Origin: Seison nebaliae
Taxonomy: Eukaryota
Length of the DNA: 64,000 nt
Direction of reading: 5' to 3'
Assembly: GCA_023231475.1 (NCBI GenBank)
Contig: JALJEE010002072.1
Span: forward strand, 1-64,000
The position numbers were made by a program, and so were the translations under genes. Under the pieces are notes generated by a model. That model was not told the DNA's origin. It saw nothing but the letters and a program-made list of their open reading frames with translations, and did not search any database. The number at the start of each line of letters is the position of its first letter. Within the stretch, counting starts at the first letter, position 1. Shown piece by piece: positions 28,701-37,664 of the stretch.

Positions 28701-29439
28701 AAGAGGATGAATTTGATCTGGATGATTGTTGACTACAATCCTTCAAATCGTCTGATAATCTCGATGAATTTCCTTTTTTCGATGTGACACGGAGACTTTC
28801 TTTTCTTGTCGATGGATTCTCATCGAAATCATCTCGAGATTTCTCTTTCTGAGAACAATGTCTCGAATCATAATCATTCGACATTAACGGTTGTGGTTGT
28901 GGTTGTTGTGATGATGATGGGAAACTTCTTAAATCGAAATCATTATGATGATAATCGACATCATGTTGTCGTTTCTCTAATAAATTCTTTCTATCTTTAT
29001 CTTTCAATTTCCCATCGAAATATTCGTTCAATCTATCTAATGAGAATTTACTAATGAATAAATTTCTCTTTTTCCAATTGTCATTTTTCAGAAGAAATCG
29101 ATCGATTTTATCGTTCACATAATAATTCTTCTCGACAACTTGAAAAGTGAAGCGAATTTCTATAAATTCTATATTATTATCCATTTCAACAATAATTCCA
29201 TTCAAAACGACCTTGTATAAATCTTCAGCATTGATATTGTCACCCTTTTTCACTTGGGACAAATCGACAAGTCGAAGACTCATCAATTTACCTTTGGAAC
29301 ATCCGAAAATGTTGAGGGTGGTGGAAGGAATCTTCTTTTTAAAATCTCTCACTTCCAATCCGACGAGTACAGAAGAATATTCCAATGACATCTTCTCATT
29401 CGACGTGAAAGAGCGGTTGATTGAATATCGTTCACTCAT
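19756..29439 (-). CDS. Giant 3227-aa single-exon protein; probable highly diverged Virilizer/VIRMA (m6A writer-complex scaffold)
   Basis: 9.7-kb uninterrupted ORF. The C-terminal FVAPLRGRGF recalls the Virilizer C-terminal (F)VAP(M)RGRG motif. Layout of N-terminal beta-rich domain, S/P-rich linker and long helical body fits. The CDS is near certain; the identity rests on remembered motifs. Confidence 0.5.
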   Translation of the reverse strand: MSERYSINRSFTSNEKMSLEYSSVLVGLEVRDFKKKIPSTTLNIFGCSKGKLMSLRLVDLSQVKKGDNINAEDLYKVVLNGIIVEMDNNIEFIEIRFTFQVVEKNYYVNDKIDRFLLKNDNWKKRNLFISKFSLDRLNEYFDGKLKDKDRKNLLEKRQHDVDYHHNDFDLRSFPSSSQQPQPQPLMSNDYDSRHCSQKEKSRDDFDENPSTRKESLRVTSKKGNSSRLSDDLKDCSQQSSRSNSSSSSGSSFSSHSSSSNGDRSYDNDSDDESSGRSSSTVSSSSSHSSTYRSESSSTSERNNDPFIHHSTGIPSGIPSGMPRNFMVPPQAYASSGINPTLIPPDVYGEKVHSENVRSPPRSSTHFPPHMSEQSATLLSNGEIMNQQMKYSMTGKDSKTSYYPKEEFQHANYMGPHPHYSDHQHHQFMISATSSAMTRNNSFPHQHLHLLETGGGGGGGGGTEKDEIMMKSPQQYNTDTGEMVSQNFYIEPLTLSKVFGLDHRLEMNIRHLINYLVTIDRLDNDSGMSQLKMVYQPSLSLEKKEEDQQMMKNELEMTPFSLPMVKLLKNENSLIKLNYRNNFNCSLHFFTHWEMKRVHQIRIIINSLNHLLTPSNTSTHLIGKVENLQRCFRQKVFRQQFMMSLLSDDDKSLNNHPNNQMKSSQLLTLHRLFLRLSSKNIFEEFFKNLIYFTLFPSGGTVIGLTDLQSLKLHDIFSTILLSLLREWKYLSIVLSHQYLLPNRMFILMIQLNYSSRSLVVMNEILHQLFLSHSVVRKRFFYLSNKLSGKKFKYNRLLMRFIARNHFNQFHIIHNSSIKFINSIHLIQLMREWQQLLFLLTNKIRSLISYSNSYNLLETGEVNENSLREQIDSSHQLINEKLAIHSKLSSRILNKFPFDNSRLIIELINDFSILIYATNFLKRLEKFPELNHHKTLMGNLKEFVLFFVGFLMELKEKIPVRFLIELKHLKEIHQFTSLFIRKSYSFFLPHCHSVYIDTTSLCLEWNKNYFDCQISPMDESGRSNSLKSFFDLYQTIHFEVKFVQLLEMLKEKEEMLKMILEDFYFDSFFYLKNSYGKQTVHHNRFFPFCLLSSNDERLFNYPSELSNFSYNFFHLRKKTERLQYLQLVRSINSYPNLVNHLRQHFHQLIQLWSIPKKILFDYINEQFANILQDQFHSDPQIAFNLLDLLIDDIDENLFEAIRSSNSDRLSDYLQDKIFDEHFPLETFLKVDNLPEICLEEFLFGNSSKLSRQFQEDFPLTCEKLSSTITSTKTMEKKEEEVIEGIYLHFQKGKNSFEMKKGMKMESMKLATSLSRLFRMTKEKNMKTIKTTFEMYEWKMEENKKKKKEERKRLKNLKMMKRERMKKLMNEKKMNEKKKLIDNRLIEKETIRTVRSTQKLSCDNESSQSKRYPCENISNHYDNVKQMIRVDGNDYNSKKRNDSYRNFSKEIRNDSYRKDNQKRENRNEQRRESYRSEKDDRKESYRNDKEEWNECYWTEKELERHSKRNRNGMEIRKEEKKDIYQKDNRNDLYRNDNYRIVKEDNRKDVECETNNWTKFRKDLDERMILKEIRNDLEEKHNRRDVRKDLDEKNFCRDNRNDFEEKINRRDVRKELDEKNHCRENRKEVEEKNNWREVPRDHKIERRRLTTTSTTSSSTGKKSMEEISFNCVITNDSLRAFDNRVKDNELLINEKETFRDLPPLINHLDGPTTTTTTSILTSSTNNLEFLDNNRNFNRRRHHYDQLDVMIQKDDDKIRHRSTFLSNDLKSTRKLSDSKKSYEHRFDSRKHSIRDDSGGKRRRENERSKHLRESDRPKRGRGDNDRHRTVRSRLSGRDKNNRNKGRNMKTERILNKDNYIESIQNLDGMDLMMEEVMSDGMMVEDNQSTTSNQKEKHQIPYKKLRRMKMMKKIFHLWRSIDCRTIPKDFNMKQKRLFKHLSKTLLIILDDSSILSTFTTLESFYSSSNDNVDGIPSNGSDEILKFLFRLLLPLNERIDENYLDVNQLLNENNLMGKYEEIDEDEMEIGNGKKNLKSKHQLTDCLFNHLLHQIHDDYKSINSLSKSICCRLVDRLIFDIDIDGKFFLDHSADIKSICEKNLLSANLIRLFQENNFSFLKMKKTMIELNRNRLIIDNEWMLLFDFILRVFYQKCLQVMSLENDVKCNFSSKYLNVEFIDNLTRTVKRLIDRMMKCFLMETKEFRQMIEIRFMDRMLKDVRMFLNIFSNYLQFSRRFVAKNLIETKNSFNFIRKCFVENFVEIGFHLYQLVTMRNLNDFQIIVDHSNFHIFGDGNVAYQQLPFVWNLFLENIELLYYVTSENDNDELMEDENNRYFGERKHINLILRKLFVTFDFDPINLEASLILLGNLLLRIEVKEKDLKLFIPYLQHIDHYLPIIFESQSNSLKNSFQFFLRSFVSISSIFNEFILRIFLQHIFNRIKSKDNSKELMNEKEKFKGRQREKKENGNREHFINYSHLFNIIDDFTLKELFNLKNCDDNIITSIYFCRKFILDDEEPLIVEYELLEDLIKCIHHSSIVRLRLLSLINGETNGEMRRRSKKNKIISTLIRMLLESSGMGEKENEMLLISNFIKNIIVPEMTVCDNENLNESIYYNQLSPTTLFMFLRISLNHILSIKNDFTPINLSIRSIYLEILDKLIFVNYNESEGNSEKNRNYLIYISPLRSLYLFKCLEEVKKDDVPILYRQIVNQMDGSNAENIEQFVRTLFTFYCRLIRMEEERGSIIYKLWRHGHLNDDESIELDYNYFGKCRTILMDGYEEELEELMKLFLLDQLSERMRNYLRKCSKVEDGMKVPCDESKNDEENRRKHMANMDKIEIQHLLQEKILSHIKYSIHTSEEVKERKDEKKNFQRINLVDIMSTVPMYNLLLTTVETERIKLFIALFLYQQFIASTFATMDNGIIIENCINAYQDHIRKYRLTPILDLRGDLINSFELPSNHHHSNQKFRNILTELLDDAKFRDEVDEEHEKNFQLFPDIPSEIIDWQIAELTSIHHLQSKQPNRNRTKEEKKHQKDLTRYIALMKDEENSDLNESDTTESSFTSSDVDLEHLMVNGKLLDEKKRSNTQSSKKKDGEKIVDDETTNGDMTTDGKNKDEKEIIGKADEFIQPKDENDPKPSFPPQESERQHTQDNFMMRSLVQREKMFPKRGGHHQSKTLRRLKSSLDSSDGSCSIRIPSKYAFVAPLRGRGFVSNQQPSSMIPGISGTASAMKTYETFQS
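24538..24771 (-). repeat. Six tandem 13-aa (39-bp) charged repeats within the giant ORF
   Basis: RKDLDERMILKEI RNDLEEKHNRRDV RKDLDEKNFCRDN RNDFEEKINRRDV RKELDEKNHCREN RKEVEEKNNWREV. Confidence 0.9.
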
Positions 29440-30142
29440 TCTTCAAATCTCTCCAATCCAATTAACGAACACTGAAAATATAATAAAAGAATTCTATTAT
29501 TATTCGATTTCAATTTTGTTCATTTAAAATTCTCCAACTATTTTCTTCTGTTTCATTCCTCATTCATTCTCATCATTTACTCATTATCACAAACAAATAC
29601 TTCTTCAATTATAAATTTCAAATTTTCAGCTTCTATTTCATCGTCAGAAATAACATTTTTAATTAATGGCTCACATTTTTTCTTTCCCAGTTTACCATTG
29701 TAGCTATTGTTTAACTTCAATGTGAGAGAATGGAAAAAAAATTTCATTATCTAATTCCAACGGGAGAACGAATCAACGATGATTTTTATTCCTAAATTTC
29801 GAGTTCTAAGCTCCGAAATTGAGAAAAGGATTCACAAGTCAGTTCCTGATTACTTGTGACAGCAAATATGTCCCCACGTAGACATGTTTGTCAATTAGTA
29901 CATACGTTGTGGAATGTGAATCCATGAAGTATGATGCGAATGAATGCGATGAAGAAATAAGATGGCAATTAACAGAATTTACTGTTACATTTAAAAGGTA
30001 TTTTTCAGACTTTCCAATCAATTTCAACCTTCTAAAACACAAACTGTGCTCTTAATTCCGCAAATATTTTCTGATCCACAGATGATAACAGTATATAAAA
30101 ATAAAAATCAAATGATAATACATTATCATTATTATTATCATT

Positions 30143-30637
30143 ATGCGAACTGTATCGTTCGTACTTAGCAGTCAGGGAAACAACATCTTAGTGCTGGATG
30201 AAATATATTCATTTTATAAAAGAAAGACCTATTATTCTAGAAGCACCGCCTAGACCTGCAGTCGAAGGAAAACTCATAAATGTAAAGTTAGTGTATGTCT
30301 TACGCAAGAAAGAAAAATCCAAGCAATCAACTATCAACATTCGCACGAACCGGATCATTTGCCCGTTAAAAAATTGAAAGCGAAGAATGTCATCAACGAA
30401 ACATCGAAGGCAAAGGCCGAACATTGCCAAAGAAACAGAAGAGGTTCAAAATACATTCGGGAGAATTTCGTCGGTTAAGAGAAATATTAGAAAAAAACAG
30501 TCCAAATCATCCCCAGAATTCGAAGATGGAATCAAGTATTTAGAAGAAAGTTACTTCATTTATCTAAACAAAAAAGTTGTGGAAAAATTACCAAACAATT
30601 TTTGTTTATTCGCCCATGGAACTTTTGATGGAGCACC
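30143..30637 (+). pseudogene. Decayed Mutator-like (FLYWCH + MULE) transposase, 5' part
   Basis: From ATG 30143: MRTVSFVLSSQGNNILVLDEIYSFYKRKTYYSRSTA*TCSRRKTHKCKVSV...HSHEPD, a FLYWCH pattern with TAG at the Trp codon (30251). After a frameshift comes FIYLNKKVVEKLPNNFCLFAHGTFDGAP, matching the MULE DGTF motif with D changed to H. Confidence 0.7.
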
Positions 30638-31525
30638 GCCGACCACATTAAGAAAAGAAGGGAATTCGCCGAGAAAACTTTAAGAGACCCTCCAGAATGG
30701 TCCGGCGTCGTATTCAGCGACGAGAAAAAGTTTTCCCTTAACGGACCTGACGGAAATCGTCACATTTGGAGGGTTGAGGGTGATCAAATGAATGTGGGAA
30801 TACGAACGGGATCGAAAAATCACAGAAAATCGGTGATGGTGTGGGCATGTTTTTCGGCCAAAGGTGTTGGTCCCATAGTTCGGGTTTCAGGGAGAGAAAC
30901 AAGTGTTTCATATATTAAGATGCTAAAGAAACATCTTATTAAATATACAGATGTAGAATTTCCTGGTGGATTTGTTTTTCAGCAGGACAATACATCCATT
31001 CATCGAAGCAAATATGCAACGGAGGAATTGGAAAAAGAGAATTTGTCTCTGTTAGAGCATCCAGCGAGATCACCCGACCTGAATCCCATTGAGAACTTAT
31101 GGGGAATATTATCCAGAAGAGTTTATGGTGGACCGGAAGCTTTCCATACGGAAGACCAATTGTGGGGGGTGATTGAAGACCAATGGACCAAAATAGAACC
31201 GAATATCTGCGAGAATTTAATTAATTCAATGCAGAACCCGATATATGGACGTCCTAAAAGAAAAGGGCAAATGGACAAAATATTAAATTTTTTAATCCTA
31301 ATAAAATTTAACATTTTTAATTTTTTTCCTTAAGGTGTCCGAGAATCAATCATACACTGAATTTTCGAAAAAGCCAAATAATTTTGGGTTAAATTCATCT
31401 TTGAGAAAAGTTATTTTGTGAATTTTTTAGTTCATCTATTATCAATCAAACTGCATAAAAATCAAAGATTAGTAATATATAATAAGACCTAAAAGCCGAT
31501 GTCCGAGAATCAATCGAACATACTG
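30635..31525 (+). mobile_element. 5'-truncated Tc1/Tc3-like (DD34E) transposon with intact right end
   Basis: One frame reads TADHIKKRREFAEK...WSGVVFSDEKKFSLNGPDG...VMVWACFS...FVFQQDN...ARSPDLNPIENLWG (D-D34-E). TGTCCGAGAATCAATC occurs twice (~31336, ~31500). The element ends ...CATACTG followed by TA at 31526-31527. Confidence 0.92.
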
Positions 31526-32530
31526 TATGTACATCAGTTACCAAATGCCCGTATACGCAGTTAGAGATAGTTTGTAAGAGAAGAAATACTTTCATTCATT
31601 TTCTTAGGGATCGTGGACAGAATTCGATGTTCGAGCAAACGAAAAATATAAAGTGCGAAAATCGAATTTAGTTCAATGATATATTAATATAAATTTAACG
31701 ATTATTATTCAATAATGAGTTGTACAATTGATTCTCGTAATCTCGATGAATGACGATATAATTCAATTGAAGATTATGTGCAAAATTCTTCAACTTATTT
31801 TTAGTGGATAATCGATACATTGATTGAGACATGTCCGATAGAAGATATCCTGACTAAATGTTGATTTGGATTGTACCTAATTTGTACCATGATAAGTATC
31901 AGCAAATTGCATCATTATTTTCATATTTCTCATAACCATCAGTTTTCGTATTGTATTTATATTTAGACAGACAATTTATATCATTCATTCATTCTCAATA
32001 AATTTTTATTTGCTGCTTCCGGAGGATCAATCGGAATCTTACTTTCACAATCACCCACATTTCTCAATTTCCTATTATTTATTATCGACGCATCTTCCGC
32101 GTCCTAGACAAAAATGAAATGCAAATCGTTAATAAATTTTATTAAAATAATAAAATAACAAAAATCATAATTTAGTTGTTTTTCTGCAACGGACACATTA
32201 ATTGTGAGAAATTTATTAAAATATAATCAAATTATGAGACAATAGAAATTTGTAAGAATTGGTTTTTTTGAAAAATATGAATTGTGAATGAATGAATAGT
32301 AGCACGAATAATGGATATAATGAAAATAATGAGATATGATTGTTTTATTCTGTGGATTAATGAAATATTAGACATATTTTAAGATAAGAGTTTATTGAGA
32401 TTGTACAATACGTATCATCAATATAACTGCTGAATGATATGTTTGGATGAAGATGTAACGAATGAAGAATAAAATGTTAATGAATGGAAAAGAAAGGTAA
32501 ATTGATGAATATTCATTTTATTGGACTGAT

Positions 32531-35384
32531 TTAGCTCAATCGATGAATAGTTACATTAATGGCTAGATTTCCTGCATCGGCAAAATCTTTCGCCGTTTTA
32601 CTATCGAAGTAAAAAGAATGACTACTGTGGACAGCATGATCAAAACCATCAACAATATTCCAACAATTCGACTCCCAAGAAAGTTGTCTCGAATCTTTTT
32701 TTAGTTCCAATTTATATGTGAAATTTTCGGCTTCTTTTTTTGTACCGAGAATTTGTACGATGGCATGGAATGAAGATTTTGAGTTTTTCTCATTTAATTC
32801 TTTCTCTAAAATTAACATAAACGTCTTCTTATAACATCGTTGCAACATGACCCAATCAGCCCCGCCATGTAAATCGATTTCGGTTACCAGAAATACGATT
32901 TCTGGTCCTGAAAACAGTTAAAATTAAAAAAAACTTAAGCTGGAAAAAGAACCTGTCAATGTTGTTATAGCTTTGTGTTGTGAATGGATGTGTGTCAAAA
33001 TATCCGGAATCCGTCCTTTCCACTCACACAAATTACCAGGGCAAGGACATTGGAATGTTCTATAAAATTGTATAGAGAACTGTAACTGAAAATTGTATAA
33101 TGAAAATATTAACCGATATTGACAGTATTTCTGATGTTTCACAATTTCATTAAATGGCAGTGCCACTCGACATCCACCTGACGCATAAATGCAAGCGGTG
33201 AAGATTAATGATGCGATTTTCTCCAAAGCTAAATTTCTTATTTCATCTTCAAATTTAAATTTTAAAAAATTACAATGATAAAATGGATTAATTGTAACTT
33301 AATCCACCACGACAAACGGGACAACTGGTCAAAATTGGTCCGCATTCATGACAATATATATGTCCACTGTTACATTGATAAATTGGATGAGTGACACTCT
33401 CGAAACAAACGGGACATTCGAACACGCCCATAATATCTTTATACAATTTATCATCAGTCTCATTCACCAATTGATCGTTATTGTTATTATTGTTATTGAG
33501 AGCGGAGAAACGACATTGGAGACATCTGAATTCATCAATTTCTTCAGTTTGTACACTTTTGATTTCAGTTGAAATCTTTCGCTTCTCCTGTTGATTTCGT
33601 ACAGTTTCTGAACGATTGAATGTTGTCATAACAGTTTGTACAGTTGTGGTATTGGTGAGAGAAGATGATATTGGTAAATTATTATTATTTGGAACAGCTT
33701 TAGTTGGCGGTGATTGTTGATGGACAATCATTGATGTAGTCGAAGGAGTATTGGATAGATTCTGATCATTATTTATTTTTCGTCCATTACCATATGATTC
33801 AGTATTCATTTGTCCTGTTAATGATGATGCAGTTGGTGGTGCTATTAATGACGTTGATGATGAAGATGATAATGACGATGTAGATGAAGATGATGATGCA
33901 GATGATGATGCAGATGATGATGAAGTGAACAATGGTAAATTGTTCATAAAAATATTATTGAAATTTCCTGATGTTATTGTTGGTGCGGCAGATGATGAAG
34001 ATGAACTATTTTTATGACTATCATCCAACGACATGAGAACTGTATTAGTTGTTGCATCGACTTTCTTTAATTTACTCTTATTATTTGATGATGTTGATAA
34101 TGACGACTGATCTTGAATTCTTTTCATCGTATGTTTTTCTGTGATAGCAGTTTCTGTTAATTGTTCTGTAACATCATTCGATTTCATCAATGGAACAATT
34201 GACGATGATGTCAATGGAGCTCCAGTGGATCCATTTGTTATGGTAGCAGTTATTTCCATCGGATTGAAATTAGAATCGTTAGAAGTGATGGATTGATTTT
34301 GTTGAATTAAATTATTTTGAATAATCGGATTCTGATGGAGAAGATCTTGATCATCATCACCAGACAAGTTATTATCTCTTGGAAGAATGTTGTTTAAAGA
34401 TTTGTTTCGAGCAGTTTGTTTCTTCAAAAAATCTTTCGACAAATATTGTTCTACACCCAAACTTCGGACGAAATCTTCATTTGAACAAATATCATTAGTC
34501 GTCAAAAATTCCGGAACATTTCTCTTATGAATGGATGTTATTGTTGTTGTTGTTGATGGGAGTGGATTCACCATCATCTCAACATTGTTGTTGTTACTAT
34601 TATTATTTTTATTGTGCAAATAACTATTTTTATTTTCGTTCAACAGATTTGTAGTTAAAGTTTCCGAAATGAGTTTAGTCGGATATCCAGTTGAGGTTGT
34701 GATTGAGAAATTATTCGGATAATTCATTTGTTCAGTGGATTGAGTAGCATAAGGATTATATCCGCTAACATTCCGTCGACTCTTACTGAAAACATTATTT
34801 TTCAACATTCGAAGTAGTTCGATTTCGGATGAGATACCGTTCGAACCGAATTCATTTTCATTTATATCATTCTCATTCAAATTGATCGATTGTCTCAAAA
34901 TTATTTGTCGAGAACTTTGACGAATTTTTTCATTGATTAATTCATTAATTTTCATCTGCAATTTATTCGTGTTCTCTTCCGTATGTTGTCCTCCCACGTA
35001 CTGATTTTCATCCACCAATGATGGCATAATTTTCGAATTCTTCAATCGATTCTCCAAATTCGTCAAATTCGACGATGATTGTGGTCCACTACTCATCGTC
35101 ATAATTGATGAGGCTGTCGATATTGATGAGAGACTCGTAGAATTGAGGAATGATTGTGTCGATGTCGTACCGGTATTAGAGAATAGAGTACATGGAATAG
35201 TCGTCGATTGATTAGGGAATAGTCCGTTCATTTCCGAATCACAAAGACACTCTCTCTCCGATAATTGCGTCAAATGACCATTCTCAGTATTATTCTCATT
35301 ATTTACATTGTTCTCTAAGCAATCATTGTCTGTTCCACGATTCATCATTCTTGCAATCTTAAAACGATGTAGATGTTCATTCAT
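32531..35384 (-). CDS. SIAH: Seven-in-absentia (SIAH/Sina) RING E3 ubiquitin ligase with a ~650-aa low-complexity N-terminal extension, 4 exons
   Basis: FECPVCF...PIYQCNSGHIYCHEC...CPVCRG / EIRNLALEKIA... / FQCPCPGNLCEWKG...HIHSQHK / GPEIVFLVT...DWVMLQRCY...FMLILEK...GNLAINVTI. Three ~50-nt introns. Confidence 0.93.
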
Positions 35385-35969
35385 CAAGAAACTGAATTCA
35401 TCTAAAACTTTTCCTTCTAATTTCTTTTATGTAGAAAATTTGGATGAACAATATAATTTCTTTAGAATTTTATTGTACAAAATAATATATAGAAAATAAA
35501 TACTAGAATAATTTTTAAATTAATCATCCAAATAAATTATTGGGAAAAACAATTGGAGAAAAATATTTCTTCGAAAAAACATAGTCGATATAATTGTCAT
35601 TATATTGATTTGAAGAATTCGTCGAGACTATTTCAAATTATGAAATTGACCATTCCTTTGTTTTTTTTCTAGAATATCAATATCTCTATTTAATCGCCAA
35701 TCGATAATTATTATTAATCAGAAATGGTTTTAGTTAATTCCACATATTTAAAAGAAAGCTCTAAACTTCCAATCGATTCCTCATCGACTTAGAAATTAAA
35801 TTTAAAAATATTATTATTTACATTAAAGATTGAACGTTTTTAAAAAGATTTTTAATTCGAATATTTTTCCTTCTGAAGCAAATTTTAAAGTTTTCTCGAA
35901 GAATTAAAGAGCATCTTCTCCAGAAGAGAAATTTAACGAAATTAATTCGTTATCGAATAATTTGGGGGA

Positions 35970-36284
35970 ATGACGGTGTTGAATGAATTGGAGCAGTTGA
36001 TGAATCAACGAGTTCTAGTTTTATGTTGTGATGGACAGATATTCATTGGAGAATTGAAAGGATTCGATCAATTCCTCAATCTTATATTGAATGATTGTAT
36101 GGTACGTGTCTTCTCACTAGATCGAGGAGTAAATCAAATTTCACTTGGTCTGTACATAATTCGGGGAGATAATGTGGCAGCAGTAAATGAGATCGATGGA
36201 GATGTTGACGAAAGAATCGATTGGTCACAAGTTAAAGCCGAGAACATTCCTCCAATTGTCCACATGAATATTCACCGAACATAA
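35970..36284 (+). CDS. LSM8: U6 snRNA-associated Sm-like protein LSm8
   Basis: DGQIFIGELKGFDQFLNLIL, RVFS, LGLYIIRGDNVAAV, IDWSQVKAE..PIVH; intronless. Confidence 0.95.
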   Translation: MTVLNELEQLMNQRVLVLCCDGQIFIGELKGFDQFLNLILNDCMVRVFSLDRGVNQISLGLYIIRGDNVAAVNEIDGDVDERIDWSQVKAENIPPIVHMNIHRT

Positions 36285-36391
36285 TTTATTTCTTTTCTTT
36301 GTTAATTATAAAATTTCGTTGTTCTTTTTTTTCGTCATATTCCACTGTTATTTCTTTCCTAGATAATCTTCTTTTATTTATCGTATTAGAA

Positions 36392-37460
36392 ATGTTTCGA
36401 AATTTATTGAACGGTGTTGCCAATGGCATAGTCATAACAAACTTCTCTCGATCACTGGCGACAAAAGCTGCCAAAATGAAAACATTTTCGATCTACCGAT
36501 ATGTTAATGATTTTTCAGAAATGTTTTTTCATAATCATTTATTAATAAATTTCTCATTCTAAGAATCCAGAAAAACCGACTGCTAAACCCACATTACAGA
36601 ATTATTCAATCGATTTGAACAGGTTTCTTTTTTTCAATTCTTTTTAATTTATTCTTTCAAAATTCTCATTTATTTCTTATTTATTTTAGATGTGGCCCAA
36701 TGATATTAGATGCTCTCATCAAAATCAAAGACGAACAAGATCCTACATTGACTTTCCGACGTTCATGTCGTGAAGGAATTTGTGGTTCGTGTGCCATGAA
36801 CATTAACGGCGATAATACTTTGGCATGTCTATGGTGAGAATTTGATGATTCGAATTGTGAAATTAAGAATTTTTCATTTTAGTAAAATTCAAGAGACGAA
36901 AAAGAAGACAAAAATTTATCCATTGCCACATATGTATGTTGTGAAAGATCTGGTTGTGGTTAGACGAAAAAAATATGTTTATTTGAAAATAATTTGTTGA
37001 ATTCTTTTAAAAATAGGATATGAATAATTTCTATGCACAATATAAATGGATCGAACCATATTTGAAGAGGAAGGATAATTACGAAATTGGAAAACAACAA
37101 TATTATCAAAGTGAGAAGAATCGTGCTAAATTAGATGGATTATACGAATGTATCTTATGTTCATGTTGTTCGACTTCGTGTCCAAGTTATTGGTGGAATT
37201 CTGAGAAGTATTTGGGACCAGCTGCATTAATGCAATCATACCGATGGATTATTGATTCTCGGGATCAATTTGCTGATGAGCGATTGGACCAGTTAAAAGA
37301 CACTTTCTCTGTTTATCGATGTCATACCATTATGAATTGTACAACGACATGTCCAAAGGACTTGAATCCAGCAGAAGCGATTGTTGAATTGAAGAAATAT
37401 ATGTCAGGAGTCGGAGGGAAATTAGAGAAAGACGATTCAGTCGTCGAAGCTAATCAATAA
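36392..37460 (+). CDS. SDHB: Succinate dehydrogenase iron-sulfur subunit, mitochondrial, 5 exons
   Basis: Exons 36392-36502, 36564-36622, 36690-36833, 36883-36958 and 37017-37460. Motifs [60 protein letters not shown]-terminal transit-peptide-like sequence. Confidence 0.98.
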
Positions 37461-37664
37461 TGATGGACAGATTAAAATTTGTAAGGAGAAGAATATATTT
37501 TTAATGCTTAGTATCAGAAAGAAAAAGTTTAATAAAAAGAAAAATGGAAAATCTTCTTTTATTCGATATATTAATCGTCTAATATTATTCTGATGAAATT
37601 TGATGAATAAAATTTATTATTTTTCAAAAATAAATTAATGAATCTTTTGAATTTATTCGAATGT

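Noticed and set aside
20905..29527. Many short ORFs overlapping the 3227-aa ORF
   Set aside because: Antisense or off-frame shadows with no recognisable motifs.
30089..30110. CAGTAT as candidate left TIR of the Tc1 element
   Set aside because: The match stops after 6 nt, it is not preceded by TA, and the GATTGATTCTCGGACA core is absent.
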